This document shows positions 1 through 12,114 of a DNA stretch of 64,000 nt, in pieces. The notes beneath the pieces are model-generated. The model was not told the origin of the DNA and did not search any database. It worked only from the letters and a program-made list of their open reading frames with translations. Every line of letters starts with the position of its first letter. The first letter of the stretch is position 1. Where the stretch lies: NCBI GenBank assembly GCA_016188295.1, contig JACPIA010000004.1, positions 42,478 through 106,477 on the forward strand, given 5' to 3'. Made by a program: the position numbers and the translations under genes. Source of the DNA: Candidatus Vogelbacteria bacterium (GTDB lineage Bacteria; Patescibacteriota; Minisyncoccia; Phycocordibacterales; XYD1-FULL-46-19).

Positions 1-1496
1 TTGCTTGGCAATATCCGGGGCGATCACGCCAATGGATGATTGTGGCGCTGGTTACTCTGATGCTTTTAATTGGCGGATTTATTTTAGCTCGAGACACTGC
101 TTTAATTAAAAACAGCCCAGTGCTGGCTCGTTTCGCTTCGATCTCGGCTACGGAGGCTACTACTCAATCACGTCTAATTATTTGGCAAATGAGTTTGAAG
201 GGAGTAGTGGAACGGCCTCTCTTTGGTTGGGGCCAAGAAAATTATGGAGCAGTCTTTGATAAATATTATGATCCGCGCTTATGGCGTCAGGAGGCTTGGT
301 TTGATCGCTCACACAATGTGTTACTCGATTGGTTGGTCGCTACCGGACCAATCGGCTTGTTGGCTTATCTCAGTTTGTTTGCTGGGGGATTATGGTTACT
401 GTGGCGACGACTCTCGTTTGCTGACTGGCTCGGCTCACCGGTCGCTAAAAGTTTAACCACCGGTTTATTGGCGGCTTACTTTTTTCAAAATCTGTTTGTG
501 TTCGATAACTTGATGAGTTATTGTTATTTTTTTCTACTTTTAGCTTACTTGCATCAAGCTTCAATTAAAAATAACCAAGAGACAAATCCTAAAAATTCAA
601 TAACTATTACTCCATTAGTTTGGGGAACGGTCGCAGTGGTGGTGATGATCGTCGGTAGCGTGATCTATCTAGTCAATATCGCGCCTCTGGCCACCGCTAG
701 CGGTTTAATCAAGGCAATGCGCGGTAATAGTCAACCACTAGAAAATTTAGTCTGGTTTCAAAAAGTAATCGACTATCAATCACCACTCGGTGATCGGGAG
801 CTCCGGGAGCAATTACTTAATCGAGCCGAAGCGGTAGTTCGCGACGAGCGTTTGTCTGTTGAGCAACGTCAAGCTTTTGCTGGTTATGCTTTTAAAGAGA
901 TGGAGCAGATCGTTACCCGGAATCCGGAAGATGCCAGACTGTTGCTGTTAGCTGGTAATTTTTTAAGTCACTTTAATCAGTTTGATTTAGCGGCTACTTA
1001 TTTAGAACGAGCGCGTCAATCGTCTCCGACCAAACAGCTAATTTTATTTTCGATAGCCTCTAATTATGCCGCTAAAAAAGATTATATTAAGGCCGAGGCG
1101 GCTGTCCGTCAAGCTTATGAATTAGACCCGACTTATTTAGAAGCGCGAAAATTTTACGGTTTGATTTTATTAATGAATGGCAAAATCCAAGCCGCTCGCG
1201 ATTTATTGATACCGGAATATGGGACGATTGCCGTGCCTGATCCGCAGTATATAAACTGGTTTGCGCAGACCCGCCAATATAATTTAGTCCTAGAGAGTTG
1301 GCAAAAATTGGCTCCGACAAACCCTAATAATGTTCAATATCAATTCTCACTGGCGGCCGCTTATCTGGCGGTTGGCCGTCGTACTGAAGCGATCACTACC
1401 ATTGAACAAATCATTGCCAAATTCCCCAACCATGAGAAACAGGGCCGAGAGTTGATTGACGATATTAGAGCCGGACGCAATATATTAGGACAATAA
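1..1496 (+). CDS. O-antigen ligase (Wzy_C)-family membrane protein with C-terminal TPR repeats; 5' end lies upstream of window (frame open to nt 1)
   Basis: Wzy_C-like loop motif (RLIIWQ...PLFGWGQENYG...RSHNVLLDWLVATGPIGL), several TM helices, then TPR-like repeats (AYELDPTYLEARKFYGLILLMNGK...); reading frame open to window edge. Confidence 0.6.
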   Translation, partial: AWQYPGRSRQWMIVALVTLMLLIGGFILARDTALIKNSPVLARFASISATEATTQSRLIIWQMSLKGVVERPLFGWGQENYGAVFDKYYDPRLWRQEAWFDRSHNVLLDWLVATGPIGLLAYLSLFAGGLWLLWRRLSFADWLGSPVAKSLTTGLLAAYFFQNLFVFDNLMSYCYFFLLLAYLHQASIKNNQETNPKNSITITPLVWGTVAVVVMIVGSVIYLVNIAPLATASGLIKAMRGNSQPLENLVWFQKVIDYQSPLGDRELREQLLNRAEAVVRDERLSVEQRQAFAGYAFKEMEQIVTRNPEDARLLLLAGNFLSHFNQFDLAATYLERARQSSPTKQLILFSIASNYAAKKDYIKAEAAVRQAYELDPTYLEARKFYGLILLMNGKIQAARDLLIPEYGTIAVPDPQYINWFAQTRQYNLVLESWQKLAPTNPNNVQYQFSLAAAYLAVGRRTEAITTIEQIIAKFPNHEKQGRELIDDIRAGRNILGQ

Positions 1497-1595
1497 AATT
1501 TGACCTTTCGACAAGCTCAGGTTGACTTTTAACTATAAATTTGCTAGGCTACCAGAGTGAGGGTTGAGACTAGATATTTATATTCGGTCTAGACA

Positions 1596-1735
1596 CCAAA
1601 ACGACGATCACAAACCCCCGCCTCTGGCGGGGGTTTGTGATATACTAATTAATAGTTTGCACTCCGGCATGGCCAGCGGCAGCGCTCACATAAAACATCG
1701 TCGTTTTGGAGCTTGTCTTCCGCTGGCCATGCCGG
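1596..1735 (+). promoter_or_regulatory. Nested inverted repeats: 14-bp perfect palindromic arms (cacaaacccccgcc/ggcgggggtttgtg, 3-nt loop tct; 1607-1637) plus 16-bp arms CCGGCATGGCCAGCGG/CCGCTGGCCATGCCGG (1664-1679 / 1720-1735); the loop of the second contains a 13-nt segment (1696-1708) complementary to 1596-1608
   Basis: direct reading of complementarity; A...B...A'...B' arrangement gives pseudoknot or alternative-structure potential; T-rich tract follows. Confidence 0.4.
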
Positions 1736-1764
1736 GACGGAAATATTTTATTGTTTTTAAATTT

Positions 1765-1920
1765 ATGCATTATCCTTGGATGATTATCGCTTTACTGGTG
1801 ATTTGGATATCAACAATTTTGTTGTTGGTGATTAACCAGTCGCCTAATGCCGACTGGTTTTTAGGTGGCGCAATTGTTTTGACAATTATTCTCACTTGCA
1901 TCGGATTTTTAACTTCGTAA
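1765..1920 (+). CDS. possible small two-TM hydrophobic peptide (51 aa)
   Basis: ORF MHYPWMIIALLVIWISTILLLVINQSPNADWFLGGAIVLTIILTCIGFLTS; no clear SD; may be non-coding. Confidence 0.2.
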   Translation: MHYPWMIIALLVIWISTILLLVINQSPNADWFLGGAIVLTIILTCIGFLTS

Positions 1921-2042
1921 GTTATCCACATTTTTAAGTGCTAAGTCATTGTGATCACATTTTTTTTGCGCGATACTTAAAGTAAGTAGAGTAGTGGCCA
2001 GAGTGGTCGAAGTTACTACATCACTTTAATAAAAAAAATCTG

Positions 2043-2111
2043 AGAAACAATTATGGCTAAAAAGAAAAAGGCTAAGAAGGCAAAATCTTCAAAGAAAAAG
2101 TCTTCTAAGAA
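2043..2111 (+). CDS. 22-aa lysine-rich small ORF (MAKKKKAKKAKSSKKKSSKKRK) upstream of secA
   Basis: ATG..TAA ORF read by hand; alternating AAA/AAG codons; immediately followed by intrinsic terminator. Confidence 0.35.
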
Positions 2112-2135
2112 GCGCAAATAATTCCATTGGGAGTT

Positions 2136-2168
2136 AGACCGCCCTCGCTAAACGAGGGCGGTCTTTTG
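2136..2168 (+). terminator. rho-independent terminator (gaccgccctcg-ctaaa-cgagggcggtc + TTTTGTG)
   Basis: 10-bp GC-rich stem, 5-nt loop, T-run. Confidence 0.6.
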
Positions 2169-2201
2169 TGTTATACTTCACCCGTATAAATTAATCTAAT
2201 T

Positions 2202-4691
2202 ATGTCTTTATTCGGCAATCTTTTTGGTGATCATAGCGAGACGATATTAAATAAGCTGGCTTCCAAAGTCCAAGCCATTAATGATTATGAGGAGCAAATC
2301 AAAATACTTACCCCTGAAGCGTTAAAGGCGAAGACCGCCGAATTTAGAGACCGTTTAAAAGCCGGTAACAGTCTCGATGATCTGATTGCCGAAGCGTTTG
2401 CGGTGGTACGTGAAGCTGCGCGCCGGACCTTAGGACAACGTCATTATGATGTTCAATTATTGGGCGGTTTGGTATTGCATCAAGGAGCCATTGCTGAAAT
2501 GAAAACCGGCGAAGGTAAGACCTTGGTGGCCACTCTACCGGCTTATCTAAATGCTTTGTCCGGACAAGGGGTGCACATTGTTACGGTTAATGATTACTTG
2601 GCGCGTCGCGATGCGGTCTGGATGGGGCAAATTTATGATTATTTAGGTTTGTCGGTGTCAGTACTTAATAGTCAGATTTCATATTTATACGATCCTAATC
2701 ACCAAGATCAAGATATTGCTCGTGATACCGAAGGCTCATTTAAAGTTTTGCCTCAATTTTTGCGCCATTGTAATCGTCAGGAGGCCTATCTGGCGGACAT
2801 TACCTATGGTACCAATAATGAATTTGGTTTTGATTATCTCCGAGATCACTTGGTTTATAATAATGGTGACGTAATGGGACGTTTCCAAGGGACGGATCGA
2901 GTGTATCCTTTTGCCATTATTGACGAAGTGGATTCGATTTTAATTGATGAATCGCGAACACCACTCATTATTTCGGCGCCGGTAGCTAATGCCGAGAGTT
3001 GGTATGCCACTTTTGCTAATATTGCTCGCCGATTAAATGAGGATGATGATTTTACTATTGACCATAAATTAAAAGCGGTCTCGTTGACCGAGGCGGGGAT
3101 TGAAAAAGCGGAGCAGGCTTTGGGGATTGAAAATATTTATACTGATAAGGGCATTAAATACGTGCATCATTTAGAGACGGCTACTAAAGCTAAAGCGCTT
3201 TATCAGCGCGATAAGGAGTATGTGGTTAAAGACGGAGAAATAATCATTGTTGATGAATTTACCGGGCGCTTGCAACCGGGACGCCGGTGGTCCGAGGGCT
3301 TACATCAAGCGATTGAAGCTAAAGAGGGAGTTAAGGTGCGCGAAGAATCGCGGACCTTTGCCACTGTAACATTGCAAAATTATTTTAGATTGTATCAAAA
3401 ATTAGCCGGTATGACCGGTACCGCTAAAACTTCAGCGGAGGAATTTCGTAAAGTGTATGGATTAGACGTAGTAGCGATACCATCTAATCAAGTATCGCGC
3501 CGCCAGGATTTACCAGATGTTGTTTTACAGAGTGAAGCAGCTAAATTTAGAGTCATTACTAAACTAGTCAAAGAATTGCAGACTAAAGGCCAGCCGGTAT
3601 TAGTGGGCACTGTCTCGATTGAAAAAAATGAGTTGCTCTCGGCTCATTTTCGTCAAGCGGGCATTGCTCACAAAATTTTAAATGCCAAAAATCATGAGGA
3701 GGAAGGGGTAATCATTGCCGCTGCGGGTGCTAAGAGCTCGGTGGTGATTGCAACTAATATGGCTGGTCGGGGCGTTGATATTAAATTAGGCGGAACAATG
3801 CCGGATGAAATTAAAACTCGCGAGATCCAAGAACTAGGCGGTTTATACGTCATCGGTACCGAGCGTCATGAGGCCAGGCGGATTGATAATCAGCTCCGTG
3901 GCCGGGCCGGACGCCAAGGGGATCCGGGAACGACAGTGTTTTATCTTTCACTTGAGGACTCATTGATGAAGATGTTCGGTTCGGATCGGATTAAGAGTTT
4001 GATGACTAAATTATCGATCCCCGAAGATGAACCGATTACCCACTCCTTAGTGTCCAAATCTTTAGAGGGGGCGCAAGAAAAAATTGAAGGACTTAACTTT
4101 GATACTCGTAAACACTTGCTGGAGTATGATGATGTGATTAATCATCAGCGGGTGACGATGTATGAGCGCCGTCAAAAAGTGTTATTTGGTAAACGGAGAG
4201 AACTTGAGGAGTTTGTGGCTCGTGCTCAAGAAATTTTAGCTTGGACTGAAGAAGAAATCGTTAATTTTAAGCAAGTTTTTAATCAAAAAGAAGTAGAGTT
4301 TGGTACCGATAAATTAGAGGCCAGTCTGCGCACGCTTATTTTACAAGTTATTGATTTATATTGGGTGGAGCATTTAGAAGCAATTGATTATTTGCGCAGT
4401 AGTGTTCGTCTGCGGGCTTATGGTCAACGAGACCCATTAGTGGAGTTTAAGCGTGAAGGGTTGCGTTTATTCAAAGATTTAGAGGTTAATATTTTTGCCG
4501 AGGCGCTTAAATTAATTCCCAACCTAGGTGTTGCTCCCGTTAAAGCCGAAGAGGTGGCGATCGGAACCACTGGACCAACCGAGCCCGGTACGACAGTTGG
4601 TCATCCCACTGTCGCCAAGGCTGTGGTGGGTAGAAATGATCCCTGCCCTTGTGGTTCAGGCAAAAAATATAAGAAGTGTCATGGGGCTTAG
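2202..4691 (+). CDS. secA: preprotein translocase ATPase SecA
   Basis: 829 aa; Walker motifs, DEAD-like motor domains, C-terminal zinc finger [14 protein letters not shown]. Confidence 0.95.
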   Translation: MSLFGNLFGDHSETILNKLASKVQAINDYEEQIKILTPEALKAKTAEFRDRLKAGNSLDDLIAEAFAVVREAARRTLGQRHYDVQLLGGLVLHQGAIAEMKTGEGKTLVATLPAYLNALSGQGVHIVTVNDYLARRDAVWMGQIYDYLGLSVSVLNSQISYLYDPNHQDQDIARDTEGSFKVLPQFLRHCNRQEAYLADITYGTNNEFGFDYLRDHLVYNNGDVMGRFQGTDRVYPFAIIDEVDSILIDESRTPLIISAPVANAESWYATFANIARRLNEDDDFTIDHKLKAVSLTEAGIEKAEQALGIENIYTDKGIKYVHHLETATKAKALYQRDKEYVVKDGEIIIVDEFTGRLQPGRRWSEGLHQAIEAKEGVKVREESRTFATVTLQNYFRLYQKLAGMTGTAKTSAEEFRKVYGLDVVAIPSNQVSRRQDLPDVVLQSEAAKFRVITKLVKELQTKGQPVLVGTVSIEKNELLSAHFRQAGIAHKILNAKNHEEEGVIIAAAGAKSSVVIATNMAGRGVDIKLGGTMPDEIKTREIQELGGLYVIGTERHEARRIDNQLRGRAGRQGDPGTTVFYLSLEDSLMKMFGSDRIKSLMTKLSIPEDEPITHSLVSKSLEGAQEKIEGLNFDTRKHLLEYDDVINHQRVTMYERRQKVLFGKRRELEEFVARAQEILAWTEEEIVNFKQVFNQKEVEFGTDKLEASLRTLILQVIDLYWVEHLEAIDYLRSSVRLRAYGQRDPLVEFKREGLRLFKDLEVNIFAEALKLIPNLGVAPVKAEEVAIGTTGPTEPGTTVGHPTVAKAVVGRNDPCPCGSGKKYKKCHGA

Positions 4692-5338
4692 TCTTTATGA
4701 TTGAAATGATGATTACTTTTATTCGCGAGGTACTCTGGCCACTAGGAGCGGGAGGAGTTTTAGCGGCCGGATTTTTAGAAGAAGTGATAGCGCCGATTCC
4801 ATCAGCATTAGTGATGCTTAGTGCAGGCTTTTTATTTTTGACGATGCCGGTGTCGGTCAGTTTTGTCAGTACGTTAATTTTAAAATTAATTATCCCGATT
4901 ACTATCGGCGTGGTGGCCGGTTCGATGATTTATTATTATGTGGGTTATGTTTTTGGTCGGCCATTTATTGAGCGTTATGGTTGCTGGCTGGGTGTTGGTT
5001 GGCCAGATGTCGAGCGCTTAGATCAGCGACTGCAACGCTCTAACCGTGATGAGCTGGTGTTATTTAGTCTGCGAGTTTTTCCCTTAATCCCTAATATTGC
5101 AATTAATTTAGGTTTTGGTCTGGCCCGCTATCATTGGCGTAAATTTTTAGTGATTATCTTAGCCGGTACGGCTGTTAGAGTTTTTATTTTAGCGATCATT
5201 GGTTCACTGGCCGGTAATTTATATTCAACCTACGCCGATTTAATTAACCGGTTTGAGAACGGTATTTTTGCTATTTTAATTATTTCTATTTTAATTTTTA
5301 GCAGTTACCGTTTAATTAAACAATATAAATTACGATGA
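4676..5338 (+). CDS. DedA/SNARE-associated (VTT domain) family membrane protein
   Basis: multi-TM; [21 protein letters not shown] motif typical of DedA; start overlaps secA stop, stop overlaps uppP start (ATGA). Confidence 0.7.
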   Translation: MSWGLVFMIEMMITFIREVLWPLGAGGVLAAGFLEEVIAPIPSALVMLSAGFLFLTMPVSVSFVSTLILKLIIPITIGVVAGSMIYYYVGYVFGRPFIERYGCWLGVGWPDVERLDQRLQRSNRDELVLFSLRVFPLIPNIAINLGFGLARYHWRKFLVIILAGTAVRVFILAIIGSLAGNLYSTYADLINRFENGIFAILIISILIFSSYRLIKQYKLR

Positions 5339-6120
5339 CCTGGTCTCAGATTTTAATTTTAAGTATAATCGAAGGTGTTACTGAGTTTTTGCCGGTGTCT
5401 TCGACTGGACATTTGATTTTAGTGACTAGACTGCTAAATATCACGAGCTCGCCCTTTGTGACCTCGTTTACTGTCGCAATTCAACTGGGGGCGATTATGG
5501 CGGCGGTCATTTTGTATGGATCAAAATTATGGCACAATAAAAAATTGGCCTCCTTGGCGGTGATCGGCTTTATCCCGACCGGTATCATTGGTTTTTTATT
5601 TTATAGTTTGGTGATTAAAAAATTGCTCACTAGTCCGTTAGTGGTGGTGTGGACTTTAATCATCGGTGGCTTGTTATTGATCTTATTTGAACGGTGGTAT
5701 CAAAAACATTTCCAAAATATTGAGACTAAAAATTTAATGGATTTGACTTGGTCGGATGCGGTGATTATTGGTTTGGTCCAAGCTATTTCCATTGTTCCTG
5801 GCGTCTCGCGCTCGGCCGCCACCACTTTGGCCGGCCTCGCGCGCGGTTTTAGCCGTGAGGCCGTTGTTGAGTTTTCCTTTTTGCTCGCTATCCCGACAAT
5901 GCTGGCGGCCACCAGTTATGATCTGTTAAGACACGGGTCGATCTTTAACGACAATGAGTGGGGGGCATTGTTTTTAGGGGGATTTATTTCGACTATTGTC
6001 GCTATCCTTTCCATCAAGTGGCTGATAAAATTTATCCAAACTAATTCTTTTGTTATTTTTGGTTTTTATCGCATTGTGATCGGCCTTATCTTTGCCTTAT
6101 TTTTGATTGGATTTTTTTAG
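5335..6120 (+). CDS. uppP: undecaprenyl-diphosphate phosphatase (UppP/BacA)
   Basis: N-term ILSIIEGVTEFLPVSSTGHLIL; 8-TM BacA architecture. Confidence 0.9.
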   Translation: MTWSQILILSIIEGVTEFLPVSSTGHLILVTRLLNITSSPFVTSFTVAIQLGAIMAAVILYGSKLWHNKKLASLAVIGFIPTGIIGFLFYSLVIKKLLTSPLVVVWTLIIGGLLLILFERWYQKHFQNIETKNLMDLTWSDAVIIGLVQAISIVPGVSRSAATTLAGLARGFSREAVVEFSFLLAIPTMLAATSYDLLRHGSIFNDNEWGALFLGGFISTIVAILSIKWLIKFIQTNSFVIFGFYRIVIGLIFALFLIGFF

Positions 6121-6211
6121 GCGCCAGTTATCCCCATGGACCTTTAAATTATAAGGTTTTTTGACGCTCGCTGGTGGTATAATTAAGGGTAGATTTCTGA
6201 CATAAAAGAGG

Positions 6212-7006
6212 GTGATTACTGTATTAAAACAATTAATACGTCAGATTGTACCTTACCTTCTCTTTTGGATTGATCCCGCTTTAATTCGGGCTGTTTGTCG
6301 TGTTGTTATTTTTATTTTAATCACTATTACGTTAGTAACTCCAAGTATTACTTTAGCCGTTTTTAATCAGCAAATAAATTATCAAGGCAAGCTAACTGAT
6401 AGCAGTAATGTGGCGGTATCTGATGGCAATTACAGTATCGTGTTTAGTTTATATACCGTTTCTAGTGGTGGCTCTAATGTCTGGACTGAAACCAAAACAG
6501 TGACGGTTACCAATGGTCTATTCAGCACAATGTTAGGTTCGGACACAGCGCTTTCATCGGTTGATTTTAATCAAACTCTTTATTTAGGAGTTAAAGTGGG
6601 TTCCGATTCCGAAATGACACCGCGCAAGACTATCGGCACTGTCCCGGCTGCCTTCGAGGCGGACAAACTCGATGGCTTAGATTCTTTAAGTTTTATCAAT
6701 TCAGCTACTACTACTTTACCTAATGTCTGGAGTATGAGCGGGTTGGGCCAAGTAGGCTCATCGAGTGCGACTACGACGGCACTGGGTAATTTAGCTGTTA
6801 TTGGCACCACCATTTTTAATGGTTTAGTCAGTGGTTATCAGCAAATTTCGGCCCCGTTTTTCACCGCCACCTCCACCACTCAAGCCTCCACTTTCCCCTT
6901 GTTCACCGGCACCACTGCTACGATTACCAATGCCACCACCACCACCCTCTTCTCTACTACTGCTTCTTCCACCAATCTCTTTACTTCCAACTTCACCTTA
7001 TGCTAA
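6212..7006 (+). CDS. surface protein module 1: N-terminal signal-anchor, NYQGKLTD...LYLGVKVG domain, conserved T/S-rich C-terminal tail ending FTLC
   Basis: GTG start after aaagaggg; TM segment; C-terminal 49 aa identical to C-terminus of next module (inside 253-bp repeat). Confidence 0.6.
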   Translation: MITVLKQLIRQIVPYLLFWIDPALIRAVCRVVIFILITITLVTPSITLAVFNQQINYQGKLTDSSNVAVSDGNYSIVFSLYTVSSGGSNVWTETKTVTVTNGLFSTMLGSDTALSSVDFNQTLYLGVKVGSDSEMTPRKTIGTVPAAFEADKLDGLDSLSFINSATTTLPNVWSMSGLGQVGSSSATTTALGNLAVIGTTIFNGLVSGYQQISAPFFTATSTTQASTFPLFTGTTATITNATTTTLFSTTASSTNLFTSNFTLC

Positions 7007-7112
7007 TGGCGGAACCAATGCCACTTCCTTCGGTACTAATCTACTCACTTACTTTGACGGCACTCGTCTCACTTCCACTTCCAGTCCAACGGTTGGATAT
7101 GTGGTGGCGACT
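6860..7112 (+). repeat. 253-bp direct repeat copy 1 (spans stop of module 1 and presumed start of module 2)
   Basis: 100% identical to 8526-8779 by direct comparison. Confidence 0.9.
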
Positions 7113-8672
7113 ACGACCACCGCTACCTCAACTTTTTATGGCAATGTCCATATTATTGGCAATTTACAAACATCAGCTAGTTCGACCGCTGCCGGTCAAG
7201 CTAGTTTCACTTATGTGCCGGTTTTGGCGCATTCTTTTGGTGCTTGGGTCACCGGTGCGACCGGTGCCAATGCTCATGATTCGACGATCTATATCAATCC
7301 CGCCACCGCCGCTTCGGATACCAACTTGCTTGGTGCCGCTGTCGGTGGAGCCGTTAAATTTTTAATTGATGCCGAGGGTGATGTTTTTGCTAATTCCTTG
7401 ACTTTAGCCGGCAGTCAAACAGTCAGCACTTCCAGTATTTCCACTCTAATTGTGGAGAACAATTCTTTCCTGGGTGATGCCGCCAATAGTGACTGGACGC
7501 ATATCAAAGGCTCGGCGTGGGTGGAGAGTAATAAATCCAGTGGTGCTTCGTCCACCGCTTTGACGATTACTCAAACCGGCACAGGTAATATTTTACGCTT
7601 GGCTAGTGATTATAGTACGGCTAACCCTTTCTTTCTGGTTACGGCCGCCGGTAATGTGGGAGTTGGCACCTCTAGTCCTTACGCACCACTTGCGGTCGTC
7701 GGTCAAGCAGTGGCCGCTTATTTTACGGCAACGACCAGTGTGGCCTCAACTTTTCCTTATGCTTCGACTACGGGTTTAACTGTTTCCAGTTTGGCTTCCA
7801 CGACTAATTTGTTGATTTCTAAAATTGGTACTAGCACTCAAGCTTTTGCGGTTGGTTCGGGGTTGATCAGTAATTTAGATATGTTAGGCGGTGATCTATA
7901 TATTGGTGGTGATGCCGAGGTTGATGGCGTACTGTATGTTCAAGGTCAACTGATTTCTTCTGGCTCCTCCGAATTTACCGGCGCGATTACTTTTACTCGG
8001 GTACCGACCTTGCCTCACACTTTTACCTCGTGGGCGATTGGGACAGCTAACTCTAATGTTTCGGACGCTACGGTCTATATCAACCCCGCTACGGCTGATG
8101 CCGACACCAACTTATTTGGCTTGGCGGTGGGCGGGTCGGTCAAAACAATGATTGATGCTGAAGGTGATATTTTTGCCAATTCCTTAACTTTGTCTGGTGG
8201 ACAGACAGTCAGTACTTCAACTATCTCCACTCTAATCGTTGAGAATAATTCTTTCCTTGGTGATGCCGCTAGTAACGACTGGACTCACATCAGAGGCTCA
8301 GCGTGGGTCGAAAGCAATAAATCCAGTGGCGCTTCCACTACTGCGCTCACGATTACGCAGACTGGTACTGGTGATTTCTTTCGTATCGCCAGTGATTATA
8401 ATGATTCCGTGCCTTATTTTGTCGTCAAAAATTCCGGCAATGTCGGTATTGGCACTACCTCGCCTTACACTAAATTATCAGTCGATGGTAAGGGGGTGTT
8501 TAACCAAGATGTTAGAGCGGACTACTTCACCGCCACCTCCACCACTCAAGCCTCCACTTTCCCCTTGTTCACCGGCACCACTGCTACGATTACCAATGCC
8601 ACCACCACCACCCTCTTCTCTACTACTGCTTCTTCCACCAATCTCTTTACTTCCAACTTCACCTTATGCTAA
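6929..8672 (+). CDS. surface protein module 2 (tail-fibre-like; internal duplicated ~330-aa domains); start uncertain (Met inside repeat giving MPPPPPSSLLLLLPPISLLPTSPYA leader, or frameshift/non-ATG start)
   Basis: long ORF 6831-8672 in +1 frame relative to module 1; first conserved residues after junction ANGGTNATSFGTNLLTYFDGTRLTSTSSPTVGYVVAT; two internally repeated blocks (YINPATA..DTNL..AVGG..K..IDAEGD.FANSLTL.G.QTVSTS.ISTLIVENNSFLGDAA..DWTHI.GSAWVESNKSSGAS.TALTITQTGTG). Confidence 0.55.
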
Positions 8673-8779
8673 TGGCGGAACCAATGCCACTTCCTTCGGT
8701 ACTAATCTACTCACTTACTTTGACGGCACTCGTCTCACTTCCACTTCCAGTCCAACGGTTGGATATGTGGTGGCGACTA
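8526..8779 (+). repeat. 253-bp direct repeat copy 2 (spans stop of module 2 and presumed start of module 3)
   Basis: 100% identical to 6860-7112. Confidence 0.9.
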
Positions 8780-11700
8780 GTAGCAGAGCTTCGATCTTAC
8801 CTTATGCTTCCACTACCGCCTTGACTATTTCTGGTACCGGCTACTTTGCTGGTTCCGGCATTTGGAATTCGGCTGGTAGTGTGGGGGTGGGTACTACTTC
8901 ACCATCAGTAAAGTTAGAGGTAGTCACTGGTACGTCAGGGACGGAAAATCGGTTCTTGGTTGATCCCGCTACTACTAATGGCTCTAATCGTACTTTGCGC
9001 TTTAGTCGTTTAGGTGATGGTTGGGGGATTCAGTCTGAATACACTAACACTGGTGCTGTCCGCGATTTATCACTCCAAGCTTCTGGCGGCAATGTTGGTA
9101 TTGGTACTTCCACTCCAGGAGTAGCGCTGGATATTGTCGGGTCTTTTGGCACCAAACCTACGGCTATCAGCGGTACACTTTTGGCTTTATCTAATACTCT
9201 GTCCACTGCTAATAATACTTACGCTTCCCTTATTTCTGGTAATGCTGCCGAAGCTGGTATTTATCTTGGTGATCAAAATGATGTAGACATTGGCGGAATA
9301 ATTTATAACCACACTAATAATTATCTGGGTTTTCGTACTAATAATACTGCCGATCGACTGATTATTGATTCTAGTGGCAAGGTGGGGATCAATAAATCAG
9401 CTCCCGCTACCACTTTAGATGTGGTGGGGACGGCTAGTTCCACCGGTCTCCAAGTTAATGGGACAGGTAATATTCAAGGATCAGGGGATGCCAACCGTTT
9501 GACTATAGACTCGGCTTCTGGTAGTTCTGTTTTGAATATTATTAACTCCGGTCACGGCGAACATAGCGCGATTCAATTTACTCGTGAGCGATCCACTGGT
9601 CCGGGAATTGCCTCAGGCTTTATCCGCAGTCCCAGCAATACCGCTAACAACTTTGGTAAATTGGAATTGGGTGCGTTTACGTCTGGAACCTACGCGACCG
9701 CTTCTAGCTCGGTCGGCAGTCTTTTCCGGCTCAATAGCGATGCTTCAGCCTTATCCGGCGGTGCTTACGCGGAATTATTCCGTGCCAGTACCGCCGATTT
9801 AACGGAAAATTGGCTTAGTTTTAATATGCTCAATTCGGCTACGACGGAAACGACTTACTCCCAACTGCGGACGATTTTAACCGCTTCCACTACTGGCGAC
9901 GGTTCTCTGGCTTTCTTGACCAGAAAAGCCAATACCCTGACCGAAGCGATGCGGATTGATCACAACAGTCGTCTGGGAGTCGGTACTTCTACTCCTAACT
10001 GGTTATTGCAGGTGGCCGGGACGCGACCGTCGTTTGCGCTCTCGGATACGGCGGGTGGGACTAACCTTAAACACTGGCTCTTGTCTTCACAGGGAGGTAA
10101 TTTGTACATTGCTACTTCCTCGGATGCTCTGGCGACTAGCACCACGGCGGCTTTGACGGTCAGTGCTAATGGTTACTTGGGTATTGGTTCAACCACGCCC
10201 GCTTACGCTCTCTCGGTGACTGGCGGTTTGTTTGCTACTGCTTCCTCCACAATGATGAATGGGATCAATTTAACTGGCGGTTGCTTTGCTATTAGCGGAA
10301 CTTGTTTAGTCGGCGGTGGTAGCGGGACGGTCAATTCGGGAACGATTAACGGCTTGGCTTATTACACCGGATCGACAGCAGTCAGCTCGGCGGGGACTAA
10401 TCTCTTTTGGGACAATACTAACACTCGTTTGATGTTGGGGCATATTAATCGGGGAATCAATAATTTAACCGCTTCGACGACTTATATCGGTCAAGGATAT
10501 GATGGTACTGGCGCCGGTGATGCTGGTGGTAATACTTATATTTCTAATGGTGGTGATGCTACTGGTGCTGGTAATAGTGATGGTGGCGCTGGGGGGATTA
10601 TTACTATGGTTGCTGGTGGGCTCAAGACTGGGAGTGGCAGTGATGGCAATGATGGCATCGTCAATATCGGTAATAGCGCGGGCAGTAGAAATGCGATACT
10701 TAGTGTCTACGGCACTGCCACTACGACTGATGATTTGTGGGTTTTAGGTGGAGATATTAACTTGGCTCTCACGACGGCTTCGGCCCTGACGACTAATTTA
10801 TCTAATGGTAAAGATGTCGCTGGTGCTGCTGGTTTGGCCGGGACAGTTAATCTGGCAATCGGTGGTGAGGGTACTGGGGCTTCTGGTGATGGCGGTGCTG
10901 GCGGTACAGTCAATATCGCCAATGGCGGTATTGGTGATGGTGATGATGGCGGTAATGCTGGAACAGTTTATCTGGCTGTCGGTGGTGAAGGTGATACTGA
11001 TGCTGGAAATGTGGGTGGTGATGGCGGGACAGTCTTAATGGTTACAGGTGGTACAGGCAATACTAATGGCACAGCCGGTAAAGTGGGTATTGCCACTTCT
11101 ACTCCGTGGCGTACTTTGTCGGTAACCGGGTCAGTGGGATTTGATGGATTGACGACCAATACCGGTGCGGCCGCCGCTTCTCTTTGTTTATCATCTGCTA
11201 ATGAAGTAACCAAAAACACCGATAATGAGACCTGTCTGGCCTCCTCTTTGCGTTATAAAAATAATGTAACGGATTTAGCGACAGACACTGACCTCCTTGA
11301 TCAATTACGCACCGTCTCTTTTAATTATAAAAACGAATCTGATCCGCTAACCCATTACGGCCTAATCGCCGAGGAGGTGGCGGCTATTGATACGCGTCTT
11401 GTGAGTTATGATGATGAAGGTTTGGCTAATGGTATTCGCTGGTCCCACTTGACCACCCTGTTGATTAAACGAACCCAAGAGCAAGAGCAGAGGCTGGACG
11501 AATTATCTAGTTTGATTAGCGGTGGTGATATGTTAGCTAGACTGTGGACTTTAGATGAGACGACGGGAAACATCAAAGCGTTCGCGGTGCTCGATTTGAA
11601 TAATTTTGAACTTAGAAATGTCAAAGCGATCACCAGTGCTTCAGGTAAATGGAGTATTGATGATAATGGTAAATTAATTACGGAAGATATCGAGACTAAA

Positions 11701-12114
11701 CGTTTGTTAGTCGAAGAGGGTGTTACTACTCGCGACAAAGCCTCCGGCGATTATTATTGTATCTATGTGGAGAATGGAGTAGTTAAAACCGCCGCCGGTC
11801 GTTGTGAAGATTTGGAGGAAGAAGATAATGGGAATAATGATGACAGTGAGCCAGAGCCTGAAGAACCAGAAGAAGAACCGGAATTACCACCGACACTGGA
11901 GCCGGACGCTCCGGTGGATACTCCACCAACAGAAGAAGTACCTAACCCTGAGCCGGAACCAGAGCCCGAACCGGAACCAGACCAAGAGCCACAATCAACA
12001 CCTCTTGTCGAGGACTCGCCCCCAGATCCAATACCAGCTAATAATGAGGACTCTCCTCAAAATCCAATTCCCGAGGAGAGTCCTCAGAGTCCAGAACCCG
12101 AGCCTACTTCCTAA
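8595..12114 (+). CDS. giant tail-fibre-like surface protein (module 3) with Gly-rich beta-helix-type repeats, C-terminal peptidase S74 intramolecular-chaperone domain and acidic Pro/Glu-rich tail; start uncertain (ORF open from 8239)
   Basis: S74 motif region ...CLASSLRYKNNVTDL...LDQLRTVSFNYKNE...HYGLIAEEVAAID..LVSYDDEG..GIRWSHLTTLLIKRTQEQEQRLDEL; repeats GG(A/D)GGTV(N/Y)LA(I/V)GGEG; PEPEPEPEPEP tail. Confidence 0.7.
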
